A stretch of 64,000 nucleotides of DNA from Bacteroidales bacterium. Lineage in GTDB: Bacteria > Bacteroidota > Bacteroidia > Bacteroidales > JAAUTT01. Below the pieces are notes generated by a model. The model had not been told where the DNA came from. It worked only from the letters and a program-made list of their open reading frames with translations, and did no database searches. The position numbers and the translations under genes are program-made. The DNA lies in contig DATALJ010000252.1 in NCBI GenBank assembly GCA_036261135.1, positions 13,180-77,179 on the forward strand, written 5' to 3'. How positions within the stretch are numbered: position 1 is the first letter of the stretch; each line of letters opens with the position of its first letter. This document shows, piece after piece, positions 37,881 to 47,231 of the stretch.

Positions 37881-37985
37881 AATTCATTGACCTCATTCTA
37901 AATCCTTCTCCTGAGAGGAAGGACTTAAAAAGTACTATGAGGCAAACTCCCCTCGCCTTTAGGAGAGGGGTTGGGGGTGAGGTTA
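37881..37985. repeat. REP-like intergenic element, family A, copy 1 (two hairpins; G-rich 3' block)
   Basis: Shares aattcat..., tccttctcctgagagga and the identical 22-nt agaggggttgggggtgaggtta with the copy at 41840-41935. Contains hairpins tccttc.../...gaagga and cccctc.../...gagggg. Confidence 0.8.
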
Positions 37986-38038
37986 TATTCAGGCTAATTT
38001 GAAGATTTAAACAAAGAACATATATAATTGAAAATTAC

Positions 38039-38734
38039 ATGACACACTTAGATACAGAACTCAAGCAACTCAGGGCCTCAGTGGTTGAAATGTGGCACCT
38101 CGTTATTAGCCAATTGGGAAAGGCCAAAACCGTAATCGAAAACAACGACAGGGACTTGTATGCAGAGGTTAAGGCCAACGAAAAGCGCGTAGATGCTTTC
38201 GAAATAAAACTCGATATGGATTGCGAGAATATTCTTGCACTCTTTAACCCGGTAGCCAGTGATTTGCGCTTTGTTTTATCGGTACTTAAGATAAACTATA
38301 ACCTCGAACGTATTGGCGATTATGCCAAAGGAACGGCCGCCATTGTAAAGGACTGTGAATGCAATATTGAGGCCAACGAATTGAAAGAAACCCGCATTCC
38401 TGAAATGTTTTCCGTATGTATTGATATGCTTACCGAGGCGCTCGAAGCTTTCGAAAAGGAAGATAATTCGAAAGCCCGCAATGTATTTGGGAAGGACGAT
38501 ATACTGGATCAAATAAACAAGCAGGCCAATACAATAGGCGCCAAGCTTATAGATAAGAACCCAAAGAAAATGATCACTACGTTAAGTCTGTTGTCTGTAA
38601 TCCGCAAGCTGGAGCGGGTGGGCGATCAAACGAAAAATATAAGCGAAGAGATTATCTTTTATCTCGAAGCTAAAGTTCTTAAGCACAGAAAGAAAAAAGA
38701 GCTATTTCAAGATAAGCCTGATGCCTCTAAGTGA
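38039..38734 (+). CDS. phoU: Phosphate signalling complex protein PhoU
   Basis: Two PhoU repeats with NLERIGDYAKG and KLERVGDQTKNISE. Confidence 0.9.
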   Translation: MTHLDTELKQLRASVVEMWHLVISQLGKAKTVIENNDRDLYAEVKANEKRVDAFEIKLDMDCENILALFNPVASDLRFVLSVLKINYNLERIGDYAKGTAAIVKDCECNIEANELKETRIPEMFSVCIDMLTEALEAFEKEDNSKARNVFGKDDILDQINKQANTIGAKLIDKNPKKMITTLSLLSVIRKLERVGDQTKNISEEIIFYLEAKVLKHRKKKELFQDKPDASK

Positions 38735-39116
38735 TTATAAAATACTGGTTGTAGATGATGAAGATGATATCCTGGAAATCGTAAGTTTCAATCTTAGAAA
38801 AGCAGGGTACAGGGTTTATATTGCTAATTCTCCCGAAATAGCGTTTAATATTGCGATGGAACAAATACCCCACCTGATATTGTTAGATATTATGATGCCT
38901 GGAAAAGATGGAATTCAGCTGTGCAACGAAATACGAAGCATCCGGTATTTACAGGATTGTATTATTGCCTTTTTTTCTGCCTGTTCTGAAGATCAAATGA
39001 TGGCAACTGCTTTTGCCTGCGGTGCTCAGGGTTATATTACAAAACCCATTCGTCCGAAAGATCTGCTTGTTAAAATTAATCATCTGTTAAAGCTAAATGT
39101 ACCTGTTGGAAGGTAA
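38721..39116 (+). CDS. Stand-alone response-regulator receiver protein
   Basis: ILVVDDEDD, LILLDIMMPGKDG and ITKP. No output domain. Overlaps the phoU 3' end by 14 nt. Confidence 0.85.
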   Translation: MPLSDYKILVVDDEDDILEIVSFNLRKAGYRVYIANSPEIAFNIAMEQIPHLILLDIMMPGKDGIQLCNEIRSIRYLQDCIIAFFSACSEDQMMATAFACGAQGYITKPIRPKDLLVKINHLLKLNVPVGR

Positions 39117-39148
39117 CTGTCATTCCGGCGAAGGCCGAAATGACAGTT
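39115..39148. terminator. Hairpin between convergent genes (single unit of REP-like family B)
   Basis: aactgtcatt / aatgacagtt form 10-bp outer arms around tccggcgaaggccga. The unit begins inside the receiver gene stop codon (2-nt overlap with its 3' end) and lies 28 nt from the MCP stop. There is no clear U tract. Confidence 0.5.
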
Positions 39149-39176
39149 GCTCAAAATCTGCAGCAATTTCTAAACC

Positions 39177-40949
39177 CTAGAATTTATCATATCCCTGATC
39201 CTTCGGATCCTCAATTTGAATCTTTACCCCTTTGTCACTGCTTTCTTTTGGAAAATTAGGCTGTTCTTTGTATTTGAACGTTTCGTTTTCTTCTGTATTA
39301 CTCATTTTCAATTCTGGCGCCTTATCTTCTTTATTCTGAAGATTGGTTTTTAACAGTATCTGTATGGTTTCCTGTAATTTGGCGATTTGCGACGACATAT
39401 CGGTAATCGTGTTACTGATATCATCTTCGGTTAGTTTGAAGAAGGATACCACCTTTTTGAGGTTTTCCGATTGATCGGTAAGCTGAATAGCGCTTGATGC
39501 CAGTTGTTCTGCCGCAGCTGCATTTTCCTGCGTAGTCTGGCTCAATTGCAAGATAGCTGTAGTAACCTGTTTAGCTCCTGCATCCTGTTCAATGCTTGCT
39601 GCGGTGATTTCCTGAACCAGTTTGGATGTTTTATGGATATCCGGTGCCAATTCCTGAATGAGCGTGCCGGCATCTTCCGTTTGTGTTTTGGTAACCTGCG
39701 ATAATTCTACAATCTCATCTGCTGCTAAACGGCTGCGCTCGGCAAGTTTCCGTACTTCGGAGGCAACCACTGCAAAACCTCTTCCCAGTTCGCCAGCACG
39801 GGCCGCTTCTACTGCGGCATTAAGCGCCAACAGATTGGTTTGGTAAGCTATATCGTTTATAATTTCAATGCGTTCAGCAATTTTCCGTACCGATTCGATA
39901 CTTATTGCTGCTTTTTGGCTTAATGAGTTAATTTTTTGTACTGTAAGTTCAGCAATTTTCTCTGTTTCACGGGCATTGTCGGTGTTTTGGTTGATACTCG
40001 ACATCATTTCCTCCATCGATGAAGAAATTTCTTCAGTAGAAGAAGCCTGTAAATTCGATGCCTGCGACAGTTGTTCTGAGCTAACACTAATCTGCTTGCT
40101 GGCTTCCGATACGGTAAGTGCGCTATTTATTATGTTGTTCACTATTTCGCGAAGCTGTTCTATCATAATCCTTATCGATCCCAGCATTTCTCCCATTTCG
40201 TCGCTGCGATCCACGGTAGGCTTAACGGCCAGGTTACCTTTCGATATTTTACGGGTAATATCAACTGCAATGTCCAGCGGTTTCTTGATACTTCTGATAA
40301 TGATCACACTGCTGGTTAGGATAATGCCAAGGATGATGCAGAAAATAATAAATGAGTTAATGGCAATTCCTGTAAGTGCGGACTGACTATTGTTATATTC
40401 CAATTCTGCCTCTGAAAGGCTGACTTCAGTGAATTGGTCTAACGCACTGCGCATTTTTTCGTAGTTTCCGGCATATATGCCAAAATAAATATTTTCGGCC
40501 GCGGTAAATTGTTGTTTCTTCAATAAAGAGTCTATTTCAACGCTGTATTGATAAATCAGGTTATATTCAGCCCTGAATGTCGAATCAATTTCAGGATATA
40601 GTTTGCTTCCCGACTCACGGTAAAGGCTGTCGAAAATGTTATACCGTTCCAGTATCTGATCCAGATTGGTTTTTATTTCTTCTGTTTTCTTCAACAGCTT
40701 GGTAGGGTCCGTATTGATACGGGGATTCAGAGCCTGGCTAATGGCTATGCTCGACTGGTAAGCATCACGGTCGCTTTCTATCAGGTAATCAACGCTTTTA
40801 AGTCGCGTATTGTAAATATGGTTAACAGTTTCCTTGGTTTGGAACAGGTTATAAACATTATATCCCAGCCCAACAATGTACAAGAAAATAATTACCGAGA
40901 AAACAATAACTAATTTTCTGCTGATCTTGATGTTTTTAAGTTTAATCAT
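39177..40949 (-). CDS. Methyl-accepting chemotaxis protein
   Basis: N-terminal TM, a four-helix-bundle-like sensor, a second TM and HAMP. Highly conserved MCP core [39 protein letters not shown]. Confidence 0.9.
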   Translation of the reverse strand: MIKLKNIKISRKLVIVFSVIIFLYIVGLGYNVYNLFQTKETVNHIYNTRLKSVDYLIESDRDAYQSSIAISQALNPRINTDPTKLLKKTEEIKTNLDQILERYNIFDSLYRESGSKLYPEIDSTFRAEYNLIYQYSVEIDSLLKKQQFTAAENIYFGIYAGNYEKMRSALDQFTEVSLSEAELEYNNSQSALTGIAINSFIIFCIILGIILTSSVIIIRSIKKPLDIAVDITRKISKGNLAVKPTVDRSDEMGEMLGSIRIMIEQLREIVNNIINSALTVSEASKQISVSSEQLSQASNLQASSTEEISSSMEEMMSSINQNTDNARETEKIAELTVQKINSLSQKAAISIESVRKIAERIEIINDIAYQTNLLALNAAVEAARAGELGRGFAVVASEVRKLAERSRLAADEIVELSQVTKTQTEDAGTLIQELAPDIHKTSKLVQEITAASIEQDAGAKQVTTAILQLSQTTQENAAAAEQLASSAIQLTDQSENLKKVVSFFKLTEDDISNTITDMSSQIAKLQETIQILLKTNLQNKEDKAPELKMSNTEENETFKYKEQPNFPKESSDKGVKIQIEDPKDQGYDKF

Positions 40950-41174
40950 AGCTGTAAAATATTAAAATTTAAATGGTTAATTAATCCTGTGCAATGGATT
41001 AATGATGGGAGGGCATATTTACTGTAATTTACGAAAAAAAACTTGAAAATGTTGGTGTTCTTATAAAAAAATGATTTTAGTTAGTTTTATAATAACGCAG
41101 TGTGAATAAATTGTATAGCAGCATAATCAAATTCAGATTAAATAGGAATAAAATGCGTTTATACAGCAGATATT

Positions 41175-41206
41175 TTTGAGTCCTTCTTTTTTCTGTATTA
41201 CATTTG
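41175..41206 (+). promoter_or_regulatory. Bacteroidota-type promoter (-33 TTTG / -7 TAcaTTTG) for the SIS gene
   Basis: TTTG at 41175-41178 and TACATTTG at 41199-41206, with a 20-nt spacer. The -7 box ends 18 nt before the ATG at 41225. Confidence 0.45.
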
Positions 41207-41224
41207 AGTAATTAAATCTAGTCT

Positions 41225-41833
41225 ATGATTGAAGAAATAAAGCACGTACTTGAGGCTGAAGCTCAGGCAATTCTTAATATACCAGTAAGTGATTCTTTTG
41301 CCAGGGCGCTGGATATGATTTACGATCATGTTCATGGCAAAGGTGGTAAACTTATTGCCAGCGGCATGGGAAAAGCCGGGCAAATTGCAGTAAACATAGC
41401 CACAACCTTTAGCTCAACGGGCACACCCGCTGTTTTCCTTCATCCTGCCGATGCGCAACATGGCGATTTAGGTGTAATGCAAAAGAACGATATTCTTTTA
41501 TTAATATCTAACAGCGGTAAAACCCGGGAAATAATGGAGATTATTGAACTTTCCGACCGTTTATTCGAGAATATACCCATCATTGCTATTACAGGCAATC
41601 CCGACAGCGATCTCGGAAAAATAGCTGATGTAACAATTAGCACCGGTGGACCTGCAGAAGTATGCCCGCTGGGACTTTCTCCCACAACTTCAACTACCGT
41701 AATGACTGTTATTGGGGATATCCTTGTAGTTGGAATGATGAAGCGGATTAACTTTACAACCGAAGAATATGCCAAAAGACATCATGGTGGCTATCTTGGT
41801 GAAAAATCGCGCCGCGCTGCTAAGGGAATATAA
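41225..41833 (+). CDS. SIS-domain sugar-phosphate isomerase (KpsF/GutQ-like SIS domain without CBS domains)
   Basis: KLIASGMGKAGQIAVNIATTFSSTGTPAVFLHPADAQHGDLG and LLLISNSGKTRE. Confidence 0.8.
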   Translation: MIEEIKHVLEAEAQAILNIPVSDSFARALDMIYDHVHGKGGKLIASGMGKAGQIAVNIATTFSSTGTPAVFLHPADAQHGDLGVMQKNDILLLISNSGKTREIMEIIELSDRLFENIPIIAITGNPDSDLGKIADVTISTGGPAEVCPLGLSPTTSTTVMTVIGDILVVGMMKRINFTTEEYAKRHHGGYLGEKSRRAAKGI

Positions 41834-41839
41834 CCTGCA

Positions 41840-41935
41840 AATTCATATGCCTCGTTGACCTTATCCTACATCCTTCTCCTGAGAGGAGAAGGACAAACTC
41901 CCTCATCTTTAGAAGAGGGGTTGGGGGTGAGGTTA
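41840..41935. repeat. REP-like intergenic element, family A, copy 2
   Basis: Same architecture as 37881-37985. Hairpin 1 is perfect here (tccttctcc tgaga ggagaagga). It lacks the spacer of about 19 nt seen in copy 1. Confidence 0.8.
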
Positions 41936-41968
41936 GAAAACAGCTATTGATTATTCAGGAATAAATGT

Positions 41969-43522
41969 ATGAATGTTAATATTTCTGACATGGAACAAAT
42001 AAACCTACTTGAATTACAGAACGGATCAGATATCCGTGGTGTTGCCATACAAGGAATTGAAGGAGAAAGCGTAAATCTGACTCCTCTTATTGCCGAAAAG
42101 GTTGGAGTTGCCTTTGTGGAATGGCTTGGTAAAAAACTGGATAAATCGCATCATTCGTTAAGGATATCTGTAGGGCGCGATTCTCGAATCTCCGGGCCTG
42201 CGTTGCTTGATTCCTTTGTAAGAGGCATCCGATCGATGGGTGCAACGGCTATTAACTGCGGATTGTCTTCCACTCCGGCCATGTTTATGAGTATTGTGTT
42301 TGAAGATACACACTTCGATGGTGCTGCAATGCTTACTGCCAGCCATCTTCCGTTTAACCGGAATGGTATAAAATTGTTTACACCTTCGGGTGGATTGGAA
42401 AAGCAGGATATTACAGAAATCCTAACGCTTGCTGGACATTTAAAGGAACTCTACTCAGAACTTACCGGGCATATCGAAAATTTTGATTTACTGAACAGGT
42501 ATTCCCAATTTCTTAAAGATACCATTCGCAAATCGGTTAATCATCCCACAAACTTCGAAAAACCACTTACCGGTTTCAAGATTGTGGTAGATGCCGGCAA
42601 TGGTGCAGGCGGTTTCTTTGCTCACCAGGTGCTGGAACCACTTGGTGCCGATATTACCGGAAGCCAGTTTCTCGATCCGGATGGGATGTTTCCTAACCAT
42701 ATACCTAATCCCGAGGACGAAACAGCCATGTCGTTCATCGAAAAGGCAGTAGTAGCAAATAATGCCGACCTGGGTATTATTTTCGATACCGATGTAGACC
42801 GCGCAGCTGCTGTTGACCATAAAGGAAACGGCATCAACCGTAATGCCCTCATAGCACTTATTAGTGCGATTATCCTTGAGGAGCATCCGAGAACCTGCAT
42901 TGTTACCGACTCTATTACCTCCGATGGATTGAGTTATTTTATTGAGAAGAACCTCCAGGGATTTCACTATCGCTTCAAACGCGGATATAAAAACGTGATA
43001 AACGAGGCTATACGCCTGAATAAAGAAGGCATTGAATGTTGGATTGCCATAGAAACCAGCGGACACGCTGCATTGAAAGAAAATTATTTCCTCGACGATG
43101 GTGCTTTTCTTGTAACCAAGCTGCTTATAAAAGCTGCTAAACTGAAATTGGAAGGACGAAAGAAGCTTACCGATCTTATTGCTTCGCTTCGTATGCCAAA
43201 GGAGAACAAGGAATTCCGATTCAAAATAAAGAACCACGATTTTCGTTCGTATGGTAGCAAAATTATTACTGATCTCGGGAAATACGTGGCTACAGTTCCC
43301 GGCTGGCAGATTGTACCTAAGAACTTCGAGGGAATTCGCGTGTCTTGCGATAGCAATTCGGGATCCGGCTGGTTTCTGCTGCGTTTATCATTGCACGATC
43401 CTGTAATCCCCCTGAATATCGAGTCAGACACTGAAGATGGTGTACGACAGATTGTAGATAAACTCACTATATTTCTGGATAATTACGAAGAGCTTGATAA
43501 ATCTGCATTACTGAACCACTAA
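41969..43522 (+). CDS. Alpha-D-phosphohexomutase (phosphoglucomutase/phosphomannomutase family)
   Basis: Active-site serine loop TASHLPFNRNG, metal loop FDTDVDRAA and IETSGHAA. Confidence 0.85.
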   Translation: MNVNISDMEQINLLELQNGSDIRGVAIQGIEGESVNLTPLIAEKVGVAFVEWLGKKLDKSHHSLRISVGRDSRISGPALLDSFVRGIRSMGATAINCGLSSTPAMFMSIVFEDTHFDGAAMLTASHLPFNRNGIKLFTPSGGLEKQDITEILTLAGHLKELYSELTGHIENFDLLNRYSQFLKDTIRKSVNHPTNFEKPLTGFKIVVDAGNGAGGFFAHQVLEPLGADITGSQFLDPDGMFPNHIPNPEDETAMSFIEKAVVANNADLGIIFDTDVDRAAAVDHKGNGINRNALIALISAIILEEHPRTCIVTDSITSDGLSYFIEKNLQGFHYRFKRGYKNVINEAIRLNKEGIECWIAIETSGHAALKENYFLDDGAFLVTKLLIKAAKLKLEGRKKLTDLIASLRMPKENKEFRFKIKNHDFRSYGSKIITDLGKYVATVPGWQIVPKNFEGIRVSCDSNSGSGWFLLRLSLHDPVIPLNIESDTEDGVRQIVDKLTIFLDNYEELDKSALLNH

Positions 43523-43541
43523 ACCCGGGAGCGTTTATTTT

Positions 43542-44468
43542 ATGGCAAATGTATATACCATTGGCGAAACAGTGCTCGATATGATATTCAGTAACAATCA
43601 GCCGGTCGCCGCAAAAGCCGGAGGATCCATGTTGAATACTTCCGTAAGCTTAGGAAGGCTGGGAATACCAGTATATTTTATTTCTGAATACGGGATTGAT
43701 AAAGTTGGACAAATGATTGAAAGTTTTCTTAAGGAGAATTCTATTGATACCCGATTCGTTCATCATTACAACGATGGAAAAACAGCATTGGCCATGGCTT
43801 TCCTCGATGAAAATAATAATGCTTCGTACGATTTTTATAAGTTATATCCCCGGAAACGTCTTGAGATTACAATTCCTGCCATAAACGCCGACGATTATGT
43901 TATGTTTGGTTCATTTTACGGGATTACAAACGATATAAGGCCTACAATCAAAGATATACTAGCCGCTGCACGCCAACAAGGTTCCGTAATTTATTACGAT
44001 CCTAACTTTCGCAAGGCTCATTTACATGAATTGGAACAGCTCCGGCCGCTCATCATCGAAAACATGCAAATGGCAACTGTGGTGAGATGCTCTAATGAAG
44101 ATATGGAGCTTATTGCTGGCGCGCGCGATGCCGCGAGTGCTTATAAGTATATATCGCAATATTGCCCGAATATGATATATACGGATAGTTCAAAGGGTGT
44201 AAGTGTTTATACTCCTTCAGGTGTATTTGGTTTCCCGGTGCGGAAAATAAATCCGGTAAGTACCATTGGGGCTGGCGATACATTTAATGCAGGCATTATT
44301 CATAGCTTCTGGAAAGCAGGAATCCGGAAACATCAAATACCCACGCTTAAGGCGGATGATTGGGGTTTAATTATTACAAATGCCGTCGATTTTGCAACTG
44401 AGGTATGTATGTCGTACGAAAATTATATCTCTGTTGGGTTTGCTCAAAATTTTACTAAAACTGTTTAG
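43542..44468 (+). CDS. PfkB-family carbohydrate kinase (fructokinase-like)
   Basis: N-terminal GETVLDM...AGGSMLNTS and C-terminal ATP motif TIGAGDTFNAG. Confidence 0.85.
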   Translation: MANVYTIGETVLDMIFSNNQPVAAKAGGSMLNTSVSLGRLGIPVYFISEYGIDKVGQMIESFLKENSIDTRFVHHYNDGKTALAMAFLDENNNASYDFYKLYPRKRLEITIPAINADDYVMFGSFYGITNDIRPTIKDILAAARQQGSVIYYDPNFRKAHLHELEQLRPLIIENMQMATVVRCSNEDMELIAGARDAASAYKYISQYCPNMIYTDSSKGVSVYTPSGVFGFPVRKINPVSTIGAGDTFNAGIIHSFWKAGIRKHQIPTLKADDWGLIITNAVDFATEVCMSYENYISVGFAQNFTKTV

Positions 44469-44471
44469 CTT

Positions 44472-45014
44472 ATGCGTATTGTAAAAGAAGATTGTTGTGG
44501 GTTGATTATCGATATTCAGGAACGCTTATTACCTCATATGCACGATGGTGAGTCGCTGCTCAGGAATACACAGATATTGATTAATGGTCTTCAGGCACTG
44601 AATGTTCCTCTTTTATTGACAGAACAGTATACGAAAGGCCTTGGCTTTACTGTGCCACCGGTAAAGGAAATACTTCAGAATACCGATTCGATTGAGAAAA
44701 TTGCTTTCAGTTGCTGCGATGAACCATCGTTTGCTACCCGTTTGCACAACCTGAATAAGAAGTTCGTCATAATTGCTGGTATTGAGGCACATGTTTGTGT
44801 GTTGCAAACAGCCATCGACTTGAAAGATAAAGGGTTTATCCCCGTGGTCATTGAGGACTGTGTATCGTCGCGGAAGCCTTCCGACAAAGCAGTTGCAATG
44901 CATCGAATGGCTGCATCGGGCGTAATCATTTCAACCTACGAGTCAATTCTCTTCGAGCTATGCAGGTATGCTGGAAATGATACCTTCAAAGTTATTTCGA
45001 AACTTGTAAAATAG
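44472..45014 (+). CDS. Isochorismatase-family cysteine hydrolase
   Basis: CGLIIDIQE, FVIIAGIEAHVCVLQTAIDL (catalytic Cys context) and YcaC-like length. Confidence 0.8.
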   Translation: MRIVKEDCCGLIIDIQERLLPHMHDGESLLRNTQILINGLQALNVPLLLTEQYTKGLGFTVPPVKEILQNTDSIEKIAFSCCDEPSFATRLHNLNKKFVIIAGIEAHVCVLQTAIDLKDKGFIPVVIEDCVSSRKPSDKAVAMHRMAASGVIISTYESILFELCRYAGNDTFKVISKLVK

Positions 45015-45180
45015 GAGGAAGCATTATTTCCATATTAACCGAGGGTTGTAAGTAGCGTTACAGGAACTTCCGGTAGCTTTGTTTAAAGTTGCCGGAAATA
45101 TGCTTGAAATTTCGATTTTTGGTCCTTTATTCAATCGAAAAATTTCGTAGGTTTGTATATAACCTTACTTTTCTTTAAAA

Positions 45181-46023
45181 ATGAACAAACTGTTACTTGC
45201 ATTTACTTGTGTTGCTGCTGGTTGTTTTTACTCTTGTTCCAGTGGGCCGAAAGAAACGAATAACAATAATGACTCTGCATCCGCAAATACTATATTATCG
45301 GACTCGGTGAAAATAGTGGACGGAAGCATACCTATCTTTTACAATATGTATCTTTCTGTTGAGATGTCGAGCCTTTTTCAGGCCATTGGGGCGTCGTATG
45401 ACGAGAAACTGCTTAATTCCCCCGACCGCATTCATGCTTACGAAACATCAACAGATAAGGCATTAAATCTGGGTGTATATGCCGTAGATCTTTCGTATGC
45501 CAAATATTTTGAGCAGTTTGAACAGGCAGGTAGGTATTTGAAGAACATGAATAAGCTGTCCACTGAATTGGGTATTCCCAATGATAAGTTCATGGTTTCA
45601 CTGAAACGGATCGAAACCAACCTTACCAACAAGGATTCCCTTGTGCTTATTGCCAATCAGATGTACAAGAATACAGAGGAACATCTGAAAGCAAACAACA
45701 GGGCAAGCGCAGCTTCTCTTATTATTGCAGGTGGCTGGACTGAGGCTATGTACATTGCAGTACAGCTTGCCAATACTCAGAATTCCGACATTCAATTAAT
45801 TGAACGAATTGTAGAGCAAAAAACATCCATCGATAACCTTTTATCTTTGCTTGAAAAATATAAGAATGAGCCAATAATCAAAGATTTAATCGTAAAATTT
45901 ACCGACGTACGATCAAGTCTTAAAGATCTTTCTTTAGACGAGAAAGATATGGGGTCCACTTACAAGCAGCTGGATGAGTTGAAAATGAAATTATCGAGTT
46001 TGCGGAAAAGCATGATAAGCTAG
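45181..46023 (+). CDS. Hypothetical lipoprotein
   Basis: Lipobox AGCFYSC followed by a helical 260-aa body. No family recognised. Confidence 0.5.
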   Translation: MNKLLLAFTCVAAGCFYSCSSGPKETNNNNDSASANTILSDSVKIVDGSIPIFYNMYLSVEMSSLFQAIGASYDEKLLNSPDRIHAYETSTDKALNLGVYAVDLSYAKYFEQFEQAGRYLKNMNKLSTELGIPNDKFMVSLKRIETNLTNKDSLVLIANQMYKNTEEHLKANNRASAASLIIAGGWTEAMYIAVQLANTQNSDIQLIERIVEQKTSIDNLLSLLEKYKNEPIIKDLIVKFTDVRSSLKDLSLDEKDMGSTYKQLDELKMKLSSLRKSMIS

Positions 46024-46065
46024 GTTATATACTTGTTTTAGGTATGTTTAATTTGGAGGAGGCGT

Positions 46066-46908
46066 ATGAAAATACCGTTGTTTTATGTGGATGCCTTTAC
46101 AAGTGAGGTATTTAAAGGAAATCCGGCTGCTATGTGCATGCTGGAAAGCTGGTTGCCCGACGAAATATTGCAATCGATAGCAGCCGAGCACAATCTGTCG
46201 GAAACTGCTTTTATTGTTAAAAAGGATGATGTTTTTCAGATTAAATGGTTTACACCCAAGGCGGAGGCATTTTTGTGCGGGCATGCAACATTAGCAACTG
46301 CGCATGTTCTGTTTAAGATATACAATTACGGATCGAAGCCTATACGCTTTGAGTCGAAGAGCGGCATCCTTTCTGTAACTCAGGCATCCGATGGTTTCAT
46401 AACGCTCGATTTTCCTGCATACGAACTGGAACCAACCGGCCCATTGCCCAATTTAGCAGAAATACTAGGCGTGCAATACAAGGAAATGTATAATGCCGAA
46501 TCCCGGCATCTTTTTGTTGCGCTGAACTCCGAAAAGGAAGTACTTGAACTTCGCCCTGATTTCCGCAGCATGAGCGAACTGCAACATCGGTCTGTTCTGG
46601 TTTCCGCCCCAGGCAATCAGTGCGATTATGTTTTACGCTACTTTGCCCCTAAAGTAGGGGTTAACGAAGATCCGGTAACGGGTTCTGCCCAGTGCTCCTT
46701 AATTCCATATTGGAGCCAAAGGCTGAACAAGAAGAAACTAATATCCCGTCAGTTGTCCGAAAGGGGTGGCGAAATTCATGGGGAATTATCTGCCGATAAC
46801 CGAGTTCGTATTTCGGGAAATGCTATTATTTATATGCAGGGAACAATTAACATCAGCATAAAACCACAAAATACTTTGATCCCTTTTACTTTCGAAAATA
46901 AAAAATAA
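46066..46908 (+). CDS. PhzF-family isomerase-like protein
   Basis: PLFYVDAFTSEVFKGNPAAMCML, SETAF, CGHATLA and DPVTGSA. Confidence 0.85.
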   Translation: MKIPLFYVDAFTSEVFKGNPAAMCMLESWLPDEILQSIAAEHNLSETAFIVKKDDVFQIKWFTPKAEAFLCGHATLATAHVLFKIYNYGSKPIRFESKSGILSVTQASDGFITLDFPAYELEPTGPLPNLAEILGVQYKEMYNAESRHLFVALNSEKEVLELRPDFRSMSELQHRSVLVSAPGNQCDYVLRYFAPKVGVNEDPVTGSAQCSLIPYWSQRLNKKKLISRQLSERGGEIHGELSADNRVRISGNAIIYMQGTINISIKPQNTLIPFTFENKK

Positions 46909-47231
46909 TTACTTTTGCATCCGAAAACCAATCTTTTTTAATGCTATGGACGACTGTCCTTATCACGAGAAAATTTTAATAAACGACTTAGATCGGATGT
47001 TTCGTTAGTTTTAATTAACCTGCATCCGGCTAAAAAACTGGATGCTTATGATTTTTCGTTACAAAGCTTCTTTTTTTCGGGCACTAGAGCACAACATGAT
47101 GTGTTTTATTGCATGTAAAGCCTTTTCCCAAGCCTGGTTGTATAAACTAATGCCTTATTACCCGTAATCTTCCTGATGAATAGGATTGGGGTGTTTTGAA
47201 AATTAGTTTTAATCAGGTAAATAGGAATAAG

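Noticed and set aside
39868-40386. 172-aa + strand ORF (and neighbours at 39504 and 39658) inside the MCP gene
   Set aside because: It is the low-complexity, Ser/Ile-rich antisense translation of the Ala/Glu/Ser-rich MCP coiled coil. The MCP frame carries the conserved signalling motif.
42488-43237. 249-aa minus-strand ORF inside the phosphohexomutase gene
   Set aside because: It is entirely antisense to a CDS with clear family motifs (TASHLPF, DTDVDR). Its composition is odd and no motif is present. It is a shadow ORF.
46909-47231. Intergenic leader of about 320 nt upstream of corA, considered as a Mg-sensing riboswitch (M-box)
   Set aside because: I could not recognise M-box-like conserved helices. 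There are only small hairpins, for example gcatccgg...ctggatgc at 47022-47045, which may simply terminate the PhzF-like gene. A covariance-model scan would be needed, so I leave it uncalled.
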